A program made the position numbers and the translations under genes. A DNA stretch of 31,635 bases from an uncultured Clostridium sp. Lineage in GTDB: Bacteria > Bacillota > Clostridia > TANB77 > CAG-508. Position 1 is the first letter of the stretch; the number at the start of each line of letters is the position of its first letter. Below, in pieces: positions 10,301 to 20,033 of this stretch. Below the pieces are notes generated by a model that had not been told where the DNA came from, made no database searches, and worked only from the letters and a program-made list of their open reading frames with translations. Location: positions 2,028 through 33,662 of the forward strand of contig CAYTEX010000001.1 of NCBI GenBank assembly GCA_964437015.1, read 5' to 3'.

Positions 10301-12973
10301 TATGGAGGGACAATAGAAAACAATACAGCAGAAATAGAAGGAAATAATTCATATCCAGATCTTTCAAATAAGCATAAAATAACTTATGACTATAACAAAG
10401 GAACTCATACATTTGACACTAATTCATATATAGATACAGATTATAAAGTAAATTGGGATAAGGATTTTACTATTGAGTCAATTATGAACATACCTGAATT
10501 AAGGAAAAAATATCTAATTGCTGGGAACTATGCTAAAAATTCTAGTACAAGTAAAGACTTAAGCTTGGTAATTACAGAAGATAATAAAATAAGAGTATGG
10601 ATAAATGGAGCGCAGAGAGGTTTAACAACAGATACAATAGCAGCAAATACAGACATAGCAATTACATTTAATTGGGAAGCAAGTACGAAGACATATACAT
10701 TAACATCAACAGGAACTGATTCAAATACAAGTGTAACAGGAACATATAATATAACAGGAACCAATACAAGAAATATAAGATTTGGAACAATTGACTACAG
10801 GGCAGATAATACTGTATTGAAGCCATATACATCAAAACAATTTAGAATTTCAGAAGATGTAGTGTGTAATAGTCTTTTAGTAAATTTGCCAGATAATGCA
10901 ACAGTTCCTGAATATGTATTGAAAGGTTGGTATACAGAAAGAAATAATGGTGTAGAGGTAACACCAGAATCAAGGATGCCAGAAACAGATACAATTTATT
11001 ATGCACAATGGAATGAAAAGACTATAATATTTGATGATCAAACAATAACAAAGCAATATAGTACAAGAGCACAAACAGTAAATATAACACCAGCAACAGG
11101 AGAATCAGAAAAATATACGTATGAAAAAGTTTCAGGTGAGCCAGATATAGTAGTTTCAGGAGATGGAACAATAATTATACCAGCGGAAAAAGCAGTAGGA
11201 ACATATACAGTGGTAACAAAGGCAGTGGATAGTATTTCAGGGGTTGAAGCGAATGGAACATATACTATAATAATAGAAAAAATATCAGCAGTAACTCCAA
11301 TTGTAATGGCTTATAGTGGAGAATATAACGGAGAAGCTCATGGAGTGGTAGTAACAGCGGCAACTGGAGGAGAAGTACAATATAGTGAGGATGGAAGAAA
11401 TTATTCAACGACAGCTCCATCATATAAAGATTTTACAAATGGAGAAAAAACTATATATGTAAAGGTTGTAGGAGATAGCAACCATAATGATTCAGAAGTA
11501 GTAACATCAACAATAAATATAACAAAGAAAACAATAACAGTTACAGCAGACAACAAAAATAAAGCACAAGGGGCAGAGAATCCAACATTTACAGCAACAG
11601 TAGGTACAACAGGAGTAGCTGGAGAAACAGGAAGAATTACAGGAAATCCAACAACAACGGCAACGACATTATCAGCACCTGGAACTTATGCTATTACACA
11701 AGGAGAAGTAGTATTAGCAGATAATTTACCATTTAAAGCTATAAATTATCAAATATCATTTGTAAATGGGGAATTAAGAATAGATCCAAAAGTAAGCTTT
11801 GATAAAAATGGTGGAGAAGGTTCAATGTCTGAACAAATAGTAACATATAATACTAATACAGCATTAACCCAAAATACATTTACAAGAGAAGGATATAGTT
11901 TTGTAGGATGGAATACACAACCTGAAGGAACAGGAACAGATTATGCTGACCAAGCAAATGTTGAATTAGCTGAAAACATAACTTTGTATGCAAAATGGAC
12001 GACTAAATCATATAATTTAACATATGAAGTAAAAGGTGGAACAAATCATCCAGATAATCCGAGAGAATATACAGTAGAAGATGTAATTGTCTTCAAGAAT
12101 CCAACAAGAGAGGGATATGAATTCTTAGGATGGTATGAAGATGAGAACTTTACAATACCAAAAGATGGAATATCACATGAAACAGGAGATAAGACAATAT
12201 ATGCAAAATGGAAAGTAAAAGATAATGTACCGTATAAAGTGGAACATTATAAAGAGACAACAAACGGAAATTATGAATTAGCAGTATCAGATGATTTTAT
12301 AGGAACAGCAAATGAAACAGTAATAGCAACACCAAGAGAATTCGAGGGATATAAAGAAAATATAACACACCCAGAAAGAATATCAACAGGAGAAGTAAAA
12401 GAAGATGGAAGTGTAGTATTAAAATTATATTATAACAAAATAAAATATACAGTAACATTTGATCCAAAGAATGATACAACAATAGATGACCAAATAGTAT
12501 TCCAAGGAGATAAGGCAGAAGAACCAACAAAACCAATAAGAGAGGGATATATATTTGAATATTGGTATTATTTAAATGATGAAGAAGAGCCAACAAAATA
12601 TAATTTTGATAATTCAGTACTAAAAGATGTTTACCTTATAGCAAAATGGGAAGAAGTGCCAGTGGAAAATGGTGATGAAGAGCCAAAAAATGAAGAGCCA
12701 AAAAACGAAGAACCAAAAAACGAAGAACCAAAAAATGAAGAACCAAAAAATGAAGAGCCAAAGAATGAAGAACCAAAAAATGTAGAGCAAAAAAATGGAG
12801 AACAAAAGGATGTGAATCAAGAGAAAGACGGGCTAAAGAAATCATCAGAAAATACCAGCAAGCTACCAAAAACTGGATTTAAAACAGGAATAGTATTATC
12901 TGGAATAACGTTAATAACAGTAGCAACAGTAAGTGGAGTAGAATATATCAAAATAAAGAAAAGAATGGAATAA
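7379..12973 (+). CDS. Sortase-anchored (LPKTG) surface protein: MBL-fold hydrolase (ComEC/Pce-like), beta-helix repeats, LamG-like, InlB B-repeat, MBG-like and MucBP-like domains
   Basis: Signal peptide ending ...TENAYA; LIDTG, THAHNDHLG, FTGDL, KAGHHG; GG(G/A)(I/V)Y repeats; several F-x-GW-Y...YAKW B-repeats; LPKTG followed by a TM segment and a KIKKR tail. Confidence 0.85.
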   Translation: MKYTNKRVNSMSNTFNKCICKIILLIIVFCVYLTENAYAEGETKNITRAYFCSEIIKSNATGDCILLENYDSNGNKVYGLIDTGNPITDDDGNILPVVKNYLENHGVTSLQFMLITHAHNDHLGNAEQVLENFNVDTLYIQEADNAWSTNTQQEKFQNLIEKAVDKNVRKIIGISWAFLTHSEYSPSFDETIRNKIISNSSNQSRFEAFNETNTVFSFGSSTIQLLNWQLFDTNGNQYITGVTTNTTREKKGENNNSIVALLTQGNKKALFTGDLNNLDKDEERGILGDEDRLKDIIGDVDFLKAGHHGFANSNTEDYLNTIKPEYVVITTNESNKIYFQDYLDENNVDYLRVKQDEYGVIATFTETEVFLGLETKNTPFKFLNGTPYYIADKYGNYHEVSYSIEYVDKNIEIDSWQELKEIIDSNKNEVVEIDDQNKIFKTYRLIVKLKPGDWNANESIKIEKQQDIRLYAEDDINILRGQELKEYLFETEGNLTLGTEDMTGSIILDGNKENVTSNSSLISVEKGKLNLYKNITLCNNMNKVTEMNYNGSNNKQYNAYGSGIYCKEGTVNIYGAKIINNEQSIDLDSIMILPKAINHNYQFRALGAGIYVNSGKLNMYEGTVSGNRTTNNSKIQTHPNFSIVKENGEISQYSAGAGIYTTSSDVNIEGGEILNNSITNNENTLISTSTSSKYSTNITSLNTNIFGVGLTVSGGTLRISNNLNVLNNSAENNSRIEIQENTSVNSSASSKIVGQQVYISTLDTAEINGLKIFGGNTINNAQIINNGNIGSDGTGEVDTEKTGGGLLLKGINNVNVNNLTIENCSSDKGGGVYTSSSKGIISNSEIKDNVATIDGGGVYIANKSCNIELTNLQINNNKAENGNGGGIYTQGTLKVSGENTQISDNEAKNSGGGIMTIAKTELNDGTISYNRTDTGSGGGIQVDGTLVMNGGIIQNNTAKKTGGGVDFTNGIVEKYGGTIENNTAEIEGNNSYPDLSNKHKITYDYNKGTHTFDTNSYIDTDYKVNWDKDFTIESIMNIPELRKKYLIAGNYAKNSSTSKDLSLVITEDNKIRVWINGAQRGLTTDTIAANTDIAITFNWEASTKTYTLTSTGTDSNTSVTGTYNITGTNTRNIRFGTIDYRADNTVLKPYTSKQFRISEDVVCNSLLVNLPDNATVPEYVLKGWYTERNNGVEVTPESRMPETDTIYYAQWNEKTIIFDDQTITKQYSTRAQTVNITPATGESEKYTYEKVSGEPDIVVSGDGTIIIPAEKAVGTYTVVTKAVDSISGVEANGTYTIIIEKISAVTPIVMAYSGEYNGEAHGVVVTAATGGEVQYSEDGRNYSTTAPSYKDFTNGEKTIYVKVVGDSNHNDSEVVTSTINITKKTITVTADNKNKAQGAENPTFTATVGTTGVAGETGRITGNPTTTATTLSAPGTYAITQGEVVLADNLPFKAINYQISFVNGELRIDPKVSFDKNGGEGSMSEQIVTYNTNTALTQNTFTREGYSFVGWNTQPEGTGTDYADQANVELAENITLYAKWTTKSYNLTYEVKGGTNHPDNPREYTVEDVIVFKNPTREGYEFLGWYEDENFTIPKDGISHETGDKTIYAKWKVKDNVPYKVEHYKETTNGNYELAVSDDFIGTANETVIATPREFEGYKENITHPERISTGEVKEDGSVVLKLYYNKIKYTVTFDPKNDTTIDDQIVFQGDKAEEPTKPIREGYIFEYWYYLNDEEEPTKYNFDNSVLKDVYLIAKWEEVPVENGDEEPKNEEPKNEEPKNEEPKNEEPKNEEPKNEEPKNVEQKNGEQKDVNQEKDGLKKSSENTSKLPKTGFKTGIVLSGITLITVATVSGVEYIKIKKRME
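12677..12811 (+). repeat. 15-bp coding tandem repeat: (EEPKN)x7 plus VEQKN and GEQKD, a cell-wall spacer
   Basis: GAAGARCCAAARAAY units read directly in the sequence. Confidence 0.95.
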
Positions 12974-12990
12974 ACTCCAAATAAATAAAA

Positions 12991-13025
12991 GATAGTCAGA
13001 AAATTAAGTTCTGACTATTTTTTTT
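12991..13025 (+). terminator. Intrinsic terminator
   Basis: ATAGTCAGAA / TTCTGACTAT followed by a T-run. Confidence 0.85.
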
Positions 13026-13055
13026 AAAATATTGAAACTTAAATTAGTTGTAGCA

Positions 13056-13084
13056 TTGACTTTTGAAAAAAAAGTATATATAAT
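13056..13084 (+). promoter_or_regulatory. sigmaA promoter for topA
   Basis: TTGACT-17 bp-TATAAT. Confidence 0.8.
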
Positions 13085-13115
13085 TTACAAGAATTTATAA
13101 TACAAGGAGGAAATA

Positions 13116-15178
13116 ATGGCAGATAAATTAATTATTGTGGAATCACCTGCAAAGGCAAATACCATAAAGAAGTTCTTAGGTGGAAGCACAAAGGTTGTGG
13201 CATCTATGGGGCATATTAGAGATTTACCAAAATCAAAGCTTGGTATTGATATAGAGCATGATTTTGAACCAGAATATATAAATATCAGAGGAAAAGGGGA
13301 TTTAATAAAAGCCATAAAAAAGGATGCTGGAGTAGCAAAAACAGTATATCTTGCAACCGACCCGGATCGCGAAGGAGAAGCAATAGCATGGCACTTAGCT
13401 AACATTTTAGATGTGGAAAGCAAAAAAATCACAAGAGTTACATTTAACGAAATAACTAAATCTGCTGTTCTAAAAGCAATAAAAGAACCAAGAGATATAG
13501 ATATAAACTTAGTAGATGCTCAGCAAGCAAGAAGAGTATTAGATAGAATTGTTGGATATAAAATAAGTCCAGTATTATGGAAAAAAGTTAAAAGAGGACT
13601 ATCTGCAGGAAGAGTTCAGTCTGTGGCAGTTAAGCTAATTGTGGATAGAGAAGAAGAAATAGAAAAATTTATACCGGAAGAGTATTGGAATATATATGTA
13701 AATTTACTAGATGAAAAATCTAATAAAGATTTTATGGCACACTTTACAGGAAAAGAAGGAAAAAAACAAGACCTTCATTCTAAAGAAGAAGTTGATAGCA
13801 TTTTAAAAGAAATTAAAAATGCAAAATATATAGTAACTGATATTAAAAAGGGAGAGAAAAAAAGAAATCCAGCACCACCATTTACAACAAGTACAATGCA
13901 ACAAGAAGCTTCAAGAAAAATTAATTTTACGTTGAAGAAAACGATGAGTGTGGCGCAGGGATTATATGAAGGCGTTAAACTTCCACAGGGACATACAGGT
14001 TTAATTACATATATGAGAACAGATTCAACCAGAATTTCAAATGAGGCAAGAGCACTTGCAAAAGAAGTGATTTGTAAAAACTTTGGAGAAAAGTATTACG
14101 AAAATAGATTTTATAGGACATCAAAGGATGCACAGGATGCACACGAAGCAATTAGACCTGCACATATAGAACTTGCACCAGATGATATAAAAGAACATTT
14201 ATCTCCAGACCAATATAAATTGTATAAATTAATTTATAACAGATTTTTAGCAAGCCAAATGTCAGCTGCTGTATATGATACAATGAATGTAACAATAAAT
14301 GCTAATAATTATGATTTTAAAGCAAGTGGACAAAGTTTAAGGTTTAAAGGATTTATGGCATTATATGTTGAAGGAACAGACACAAAAGAAAAAGAAGAAC
14401 AAGAAATGCTTCCAGAGCTTATTTTAAACCAAGAAGTAAAACTAAAAAAAATAGAACCAAAGCAAAGCTTTACAGAACCACCAAGTAGATATACAGAAGC
14501 AAGTTTAGTTAAAGCTTTAGAAGAAAAAGGTATAGGAAGACCATCAACATATTCGCCAACAATTTCTACAATTTTAGATAGATATTATATTAAAAAGGAA
14601 CAAAACAACTTGTTCCAACAGATTTAGGAAAAGTTGTAAATAAACTTCTAGTAGAAAATTTTGCAGACATAGTAAATGAAGAATTTACAGCAAATATAGA
14701 AACAGATTTTGATAAAGTTGCAGAAGGAAAAGAAGAGTGGAAAAAGGTTATAAGAGAGTTTTACAAACCATTTATAAAAGAAGTAGAAAAAGTTGAAAAA
14801 GAACTTGAGCATGTTGAACTTCAAGATGAGGTATCAGATGTTGTATGTGAAAAATGTGGAAGACTTATGGTATATAAATATGGTAGATATGGTAAGTTTT
14901 TAGCATGTCCAGGATTTCCTGAATGTAAAAATGCTAAACCAATTGTTGAAACAATAGATGTACCTTGCCCGGTATGTAAGGGAACAGTTCAAGTAAAGAA
15001 AACAAAAAGGGGCAGAAAATTCTATGTTTGTGAAAACAATCCAGAGAAATGTAATTACATTTCATGGAATAAACCTAAGCCAGGAGAAAAATGGTCTCCA
15101 GAAGAAAATGAAAAAGTAGAAGAAAAAAAGAAGACAACAAAAAAATCTAGAAGAAGAACTACTAAAAAGAAAAAATAA
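13116..15178 (+). CDS. topA: DNA topoisomerase I, split by one missing base near 14602-14605
   Basis: IVESPAKA, ATDPDREGE, SAGRVQS, ITYMRTDS, GIGRPSTY. Adding one A gives KEQKQLVPTDLG, which continues into the Zn-ribbon C-terminus (the 14867..15178 ORF). Confidence 0.92.
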
Positions 15179-15266
15179 AAGCTAATTAAGAGCAGGTTCT
15201 TACTGCTCTATTTAGGTTTGTATATTTTTAAGTTTAAATAAAACAAAATTATAAAAGGAAGAAAAT

Positions 15267-16133
15267 ATGCAAGAGCAAATATATAAATTAATAAATCAAG
15301 AATCTTTTGAATTAAAGCACATTTTTGACTGTGGACAATGCTTTAGATGGAACGAAGAAAATAATAAAAGTTATACAGGTGTTTTTAAAGGAAATATTCT
15401 TAATGTAAAAAAAGAAAATGATACAATTATTTTTAAAGGCATTGTAAAAGGGAATATAAAAGAGGTTGTAGAAGATTATTTTGATTTAAAAAGAGATTAT
15501 TCAAAAATAAAAAATGAACTATCAAAAATAGATAGTAATTTAAAAACAAGTGTAGAATATGGAAATGGTATAAGAATATTGAATCAAGATTTAATAGAAA
15601 CTATTTTGTCTTTTATAATTTCTGCGAACAATAATATTCCGAGAATTAAAGGAATAATAGAAAGAATATGTAAAAGTTATGGGGATAAAATTACGTGGAA
15701 TGAAAAGACCTATTATACATTTCCTAGCTTAGAGCGATTAAAAGATGTAAGTGTAGAAGAATATAGAAATCTAGGATTAGGATTCCGAGATAAAAGAATT
15801 TATGATACTGTACATATGCTATTAGAAGGAAAAGTAGATTATAAAAAATGGTATAACGAAAAAGATACTTTAAAAGTTAGAGATGAGCTTTTAAATCTAG
15901 CTGGAGTTGGGCCTAAAGTTGCAGATTGTATATTATTATTTTCAGATTTAAAGAGATTTGATGTGTTTCCAATAGATGTTTGGGTAAGAAGAGTTATGAA
16001 TGAACTTTATATAAAAAATCCAGATGAAACAAAAGTAAATAAAAAAGAAATCGAAAAAATTGCTTATCAAAAATTTGGAAATTTAGAAGGAATTGCTCAA
16101 CAGTATTTGTTTTATTGGAAGAGAGAAGCTTAG
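15267..16133 (+). CDS. ogg: 8-oxoguanine DNA glycosylase/AP lyase (OGG1-like, HhH-GPD)
   Basis: FDCGQCFRW, SANNNIPRI, HhH motif LAGVGPKVADCILLF, FPIDVW. Confidence 0.92.
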   Translation: MQEQIYKLINQESFELKHIFDCGQCFRWNEENNKSYTGVFKGNILNVKKENDTIIFKGIVKGNIKEVVEDYFDLKRDYSKIKNELSKIDSNLKTSVEYGNGIRILNQDLIETILSFIISANNNIPRIKGIIERICKSYGDKITWNEKTYYTFPSLERLKDVSVEEYRNLGLGFRDKRIYDTVHMLLEGKVDYKKWYNEKDTLKVRDELLNLAGVGPKVADCILLFSDLKRFDVFPIDVWVRRVMNELYIKNPDETKVNKKEIEKIAYQKFGNLEGIAQQYLFYWKREA

Positions 16134-16176
16134 ATTAAAAATAAAAATATTTTTGCAAAAAAATGTTCTGTTCCTA

Positions 16177-16205
16177 TTGATATATTTTTGAATATATGTT
16201 ATATT
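16177..16205 (+). promoter_or_regulatory. sigmaA promoter reading into the structured RNA and smc
   Basis: TTGATA-17 bp-TATATT with an extended -10 TG; start site ~16212. Confidence 0.7.
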
Positions 16206-16212
16206 AACTAAC

Positions 16213-16345
16213 ATAGGAAATGACAATAAGCAGATGTGGTTTTGCCACCAAAAATAAAATGAACTCACATCTGTACTTTGACGAGTAGATGTGAGTTTTC
16301 ATATATTCTCGGCAAAACCACGTTTGTGGAATTGTCATTTTCTAT
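16213..16345 (+). ncRNA. Candidate structured RNA with a 6S-like rod and central bubble
   Basis: Three nested stems: 16213-27/16331-45, 16230-46/16311-27, 16262-73/16286-97. The non-Watson-Crick pairs in these stems are G-U on the + strand. Confidence 0.6.
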
Positions 16346-16349
16346 ATTT

Positions 16350-16378
16350 ATTATACAACAATAGAATAAAAAAGTCAA
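16350..16378 (-). promoter_or_regulatory. Antisense sigmaA promoter converging on the structured RNA
   Basis: TTGACT-17 bp-TATAAT on the minus strand; start site ~16343. Confidence 0.65.
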
Positions 16379-16444
16379 CAAATTTTTAACGGAAGATTAC
16401 ATATCTTGTAAAGCTAAATATATTAGGAAAAAGAGGAAAAATAG

Positions 16445-19400
16445 ATGTACCTTAAAAGATTAGAAATGCAAGGATTTAAGTCTTTTGCAGATAAAACAAT
16501 TTTAGAATTTATGCCAGGAATTACAAGTGTAATTGGGCCAAATGGTTCAGGAAAAAGTAATATTGCAGATGCTATTCGCTGGGTTTTAGGAGAACAAAGT
16601 ATAAAAGAACTTCGTGGTGGTAAATCTGCAGATATAATTTTTGCAGGAACACAGAATAGAAAATCATTAGGATTTGCAGAAGCTTCGCTTGTATTTGATA
16701 ATATGGATGGAAAATTACCTATAGAGTACCAAGAAGTTATTGTTACAAGAAGAATATATAGAAGCGGAGAAACAGGGTATTTTATAAATAAGGTTCAATG
16801 TAGACTAAAAGATATATTAGAATTATTTATGGATACTGGAATTGGAAAAGACGGATATTCTATAATTGGTCAAGGAAAAATAGATGAGATTTTAAGTAAT
16901 AAATCAGAAGATAGAAGAAATGTATTTGAAGAAGCAGCAGGTATTGTTAAATTTAAAACAAGAAAAGAAGAATCTGAAAAAAAACTAGAGCGTACTAAAC
17001 TAAATGTTTTAAGAATAAATGATATTATATCTGAAATAGAAGGAAACCTAGAGCCTTTGAAGGTACAAAGTGAAAAAGCAAAAAAATATGTTGATTTAAA
17101 ATCAGAACTTAAAAATATAGAAGTAGGACTTTTTGTTCATAATATAGAAAGATATAAATCAGATTTAGAAAAAACAGTTCAAGATGCGACTATCATACAA
17201 GAAAACTGTGATTTAGAAGAGGGTAAACTTGAAAAAATAAAAATAATAAAAGAAGATTTAAAAAGTACAATTGATGAATTAACAGAAAATATTGAGAAAA
17301 CACAAAATCTTGGATTTACTAGCCAAAAAGAAATTGAAATGTTAAATTCTGATATTAATGTTGCTAAATCAAAAATTCAAAACAACGAAGAAAACAAAGA
17401 AAGATTTAATCAAGAAATAGAAGAAATCAAGCAAAAGATTGAAAAATCAACACAAGATATGGAATTAAAACTTAGTAGGAAAGATGGATTAAAAGAAAAT
17501 AAAGAAAAATTTGAAAAAGAACTTGAGGAAAAGACTAAAAAATTAGAAGAAATAAATAAAACATTATCTGAAAAAGAATTGGAAATAGAAGAGGATAAAC
17601 GAAAACTAGAAGAAAATATAGATACTAAGTATGAAATAGAAGGCTTTATAAATGAGCAAAAAGTAAATATTTCAAATATAGAAAAAAGAATGAATCAAAT
17701 TCAAAATGAAATTTCAAATTCAATTTCAGAGCTAGATAATACACGATTCACAAAGGAAGAGCTGGAGAAAGGCTTTTATGAAGTTCAAAAACAAAAAAAT
17801 GAAAAGCAAAAAGAATTAGAAAAAATAAAAGAAAAAAATAATGTAATTAATGAGAAAATAAAATCAATTGATATAAAACTAAATAATAGTGTGCAAGAGC
17901 TTAATTTTAAAGAATCAAAATATAAGTTTTTAGTAGAAACTGAAAAAGAAAAAGATGGATTCCAAAGAAGTGTAAAAACTCTATTAAAGGATTGTGAAAA
18001 AATAAAAGAGCTTGGACAAGGTGTTAGAGGAGCAATTGCAGAACTTATAGATGTTCCAGAAAATATAGAAACAGCAATAGAAATGGCACTAGGTGCAAGT
18101 ATGCAAAATGTTGTTACAGACAATGAACAAGATGCTAAAAGACTAATAGAGCATTTAAGAAAAAATAATTTAGGAAGAGCATCATTTTTACCAATTTCAA
18201 ATGTTAAAGGAAAAAAATTAGACAAAATAAAAGGCAATAACAAGGGTGTGCTTGGGATTGCATCTGACTTAATAAAATATGATAAAAAATATGAAGGTAT
18301 TATTTTAAATTTACTTGGAAAAACTGTTATTGTAGAAAATATGGATATTGGAATAGCGATTGCTAAAGAAAATGGACATTCATTTAGGATAGTAACATTA
18401 GATGGAGATATCATAACTACAACAGGGGCAATGTCAGGTGGATCTGTAAGTAAGAAAACAGTTAATATTTTAGGTAGAAGCAAACAGATAGAAAATTTAG
18501 CGAAAGAAATTGAACAAATAAAAGAAAATCAGAATAAACTAAAACAAGAAAAGGAAGATATTTTAAAATCTTCTGAAGATTTTTTGAAAACTGTTCAAGA
18601 TATGGAAAATGATTTACAGACTATAGAAATTAAATACAATGTAGAAAATGAAAAAATAAACACCGTAAATCAAAATATTCAAAGAATTTCTAATATTTTA
18701 GAAAAATTAAAACAGGAAAAACAAGATAGTGAAAATAAAAAAGAAGAGTATTTAAGAACTATAGAACAGGAAAATGTTAAGAAGTTAGCATTAGATGAGG
18801 AAAATGTAAATTTAAAAGAAAAGATTGCACAGTTTTCTGATTCAAATAAAGATAAACAAAAAGAAGTAGATGACTTGAATTTTGATATTACAAATTTAAA
18901 AATATCAGTATCATCATTTAATGAAAGTGAAAACTCTATAGATGAGATGACAGAGCTTTTAAAGCAAGAAATAGAAAATCAAAAAAGCAATATTGAAAAT
19001 AAAAAACAACAAATAGAAAAGATGAGTGCAGAGCAAGTTGAGCTTGATAATAAAATAAAAAAAGAAGAAAATAAAATAGAAGAAATAAAAGATAAAGTCA
19101 CTAGAAGTGATAGTGACATCGAAAAAATGAAACAAGAGAGAATAAAATCAAATGAAAAACTTTCTCAAAAAGAAAAAGAAGAAGTTGATGAATTTAAAAT
19201 AATTGAAGATTTAAAATCTCAAATTGTAAAACTTGAAGTGAAAAAGACAAAACTTGATGAAGATTTAAACAATGTAATTACTACACTTTGGAATGAATAT
19301 GAACTTACACCAAATGCATGTGAAGGATATCAAAAACCTGAAAATATCGCATTAACAACAAGAAGAGTAAATGCATTGAGACAAGATATACGTGAGCTTG

Positions 19401-19990
19401 GTTCTGTAAATGTTGATTCAATAGAAGAATACAAAAATTTAAAACAAAGATATGATTTTATGTGTGAGCAACGTTTAGATTTGGAAAATACGTCTAGCAA
19501 ATTGAGAAGCATTATTTCAGAAATTACTGAAAATATGAAAGAACAATTTAAAGAAAAATTCAAAATTATTAACGAAAATTTTGGAGAAACATTTAAAGAA
19601 CTATTTGGTGGAGGAGAAGCAAAAGTTGTATTACAAGATGAAAACAATATTCTAGAGTGTGGAATAGATATTATTGCTCAACCACCAGGAAAAAAACTTC
19701 AAAGTATGGCACTTTTATCAGGAGGAGAAAGAGCATTTACTGCAATTGCACTTTTATTTGCAATTTTAAAAATGAACCCAGCTCCATTCTGTGTGCTAGA
19801 TGAAATAGAAGCTGCTCTTGATGACGTAAATGTTAATAGATATGCAGAGTTCTTAAAGAAATTTGCAAAAGGTACACAGTTCTTAGTAATAACACACAGA
19901 AAAGGAACAATGGAAGCGGCAGATACAGTTTATGGTGTAACTATGGAGGAAAAAGGAATTTCTAAATTGCTTTCTATGAAGTTAAAGTAA
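16445..19990 (+). CDS. smc: Chromosome segregation protein SMC
   Basis: Walker A GPNGSGKSN, coiled coils, hinge LGRASFLP, signature LSGGE, Walker B LDEIEAALD, ITHR. Confidence 0.98.
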   Translation: MYLKRLEMQGFKSFADKTILEFMPGITSVIGPNGSGKSNIADAIRWVLGEQSIKELRGGKSADIIFAGTQNRKSLGFAEASLVFDNMDGKLPIEYQEVIVTRRIYRSGETGYFINKVQCRLKDILELFMDTGIGKDGYSIIGQGKIDEILSNKSEDRRNVFEEAAGIVKFKTRKEESEKKLERTKLNVLRINDIISEIEGNLEPLKVQSEKAKKYVDLKSELKNIEVGLFVHNIERYKSDLEKTVQDATIIQENCDLEEGKLEKIKIIKEDLKSTIDELTENIEKTQNLGFTSQKEIEMLNSDINVAKSKIQNNEENKERFNQEIEEIKQKIEKSTQDMELKLSRKDGLKENKEKFEKELEEKTKKLEEINKTLSEKELEIEEDKRKLEENIDTKYEIEGFINEQKVNISNIEKRMNQIQNEISNSISELDNTRFTKEELEKGFYEVQKQKNEKQKELEKIKEKNNVINEKIKSIDIKLNNSVQELNFKESKYKFLVETEKEKDGFQRSVKTLLKDCEKIKELGQGVRGAIAELIDVPENIETAIEMALGASMQNVVTDNEQDAKRLIEHLRKNNLGRASFLPISNVKGKKLDKIKGNNKGVLGIASDLIKYDKKYEGIILNLLGKTVIVENMDIGIAIAKENGHSFRIVTLDGDIITTTGAMSGGSVSKKTVNILGRSKQIENLAKEIEQIKENQNKLKQEKEDILKSSEDFLKTVQDMENDLQTIEIKYNVENEKINTVNQNIQRISNILEKLKQEKQDSENKKEEYLRTIEQENVKKLALDEENVNLKEKIAQFSDSNKDKQKEVDDLNFDITNLKISVSSFNESENSIDEMTELLKQEIENQKSNIENKKQQIEKMSAEQVELDNKIKKEENKIEEIKDKVTRSDSDIEKMKQERIKSNEKLSQKEKEEVDEFKIIEDLKSQIVKLEVKKTKLDEDLNNVITTLWNEYELTPNACEGYQKPENIALTTRRVNALRQDIRELGSVNVDSIEEYKNLKQRYDFMCEQRLDLENTSSKLRSIISEITENMKEQFKEKFKIINENFGETFKELFGGGEAKVVLQDENNILECGIDIIAQPPGKKLQSMALLSGGERAFTAIALLFAILKMNPAPFCVLDEIEAALDDVNVNRYAEFLKKFAKGTQFLVITHRKGTMEAADTVYGVTMEEKGISKLLSMKLK

Positions 19991-20033
19991 ATATATATTA
20001 TTTTACTAAATTTATGTAAGGAAATATACTAAA

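Noticed and set aside
12677-12811. CRISPR-like array
   Set aside because: 15-bp contiguous coding repeats with no spacers and no cas genes.
14867-15178. Separate 103-aa Zn-ribbon gene
   Set aside because: It is the in-frame C-terminus of topA after the 14602 lesion.
16213-16345. SRP RNA, suggested by its position near smc
   Set aside because: It lacks the conserved SRP helix-8 motif (CAGG...GGAA...AGCAG).
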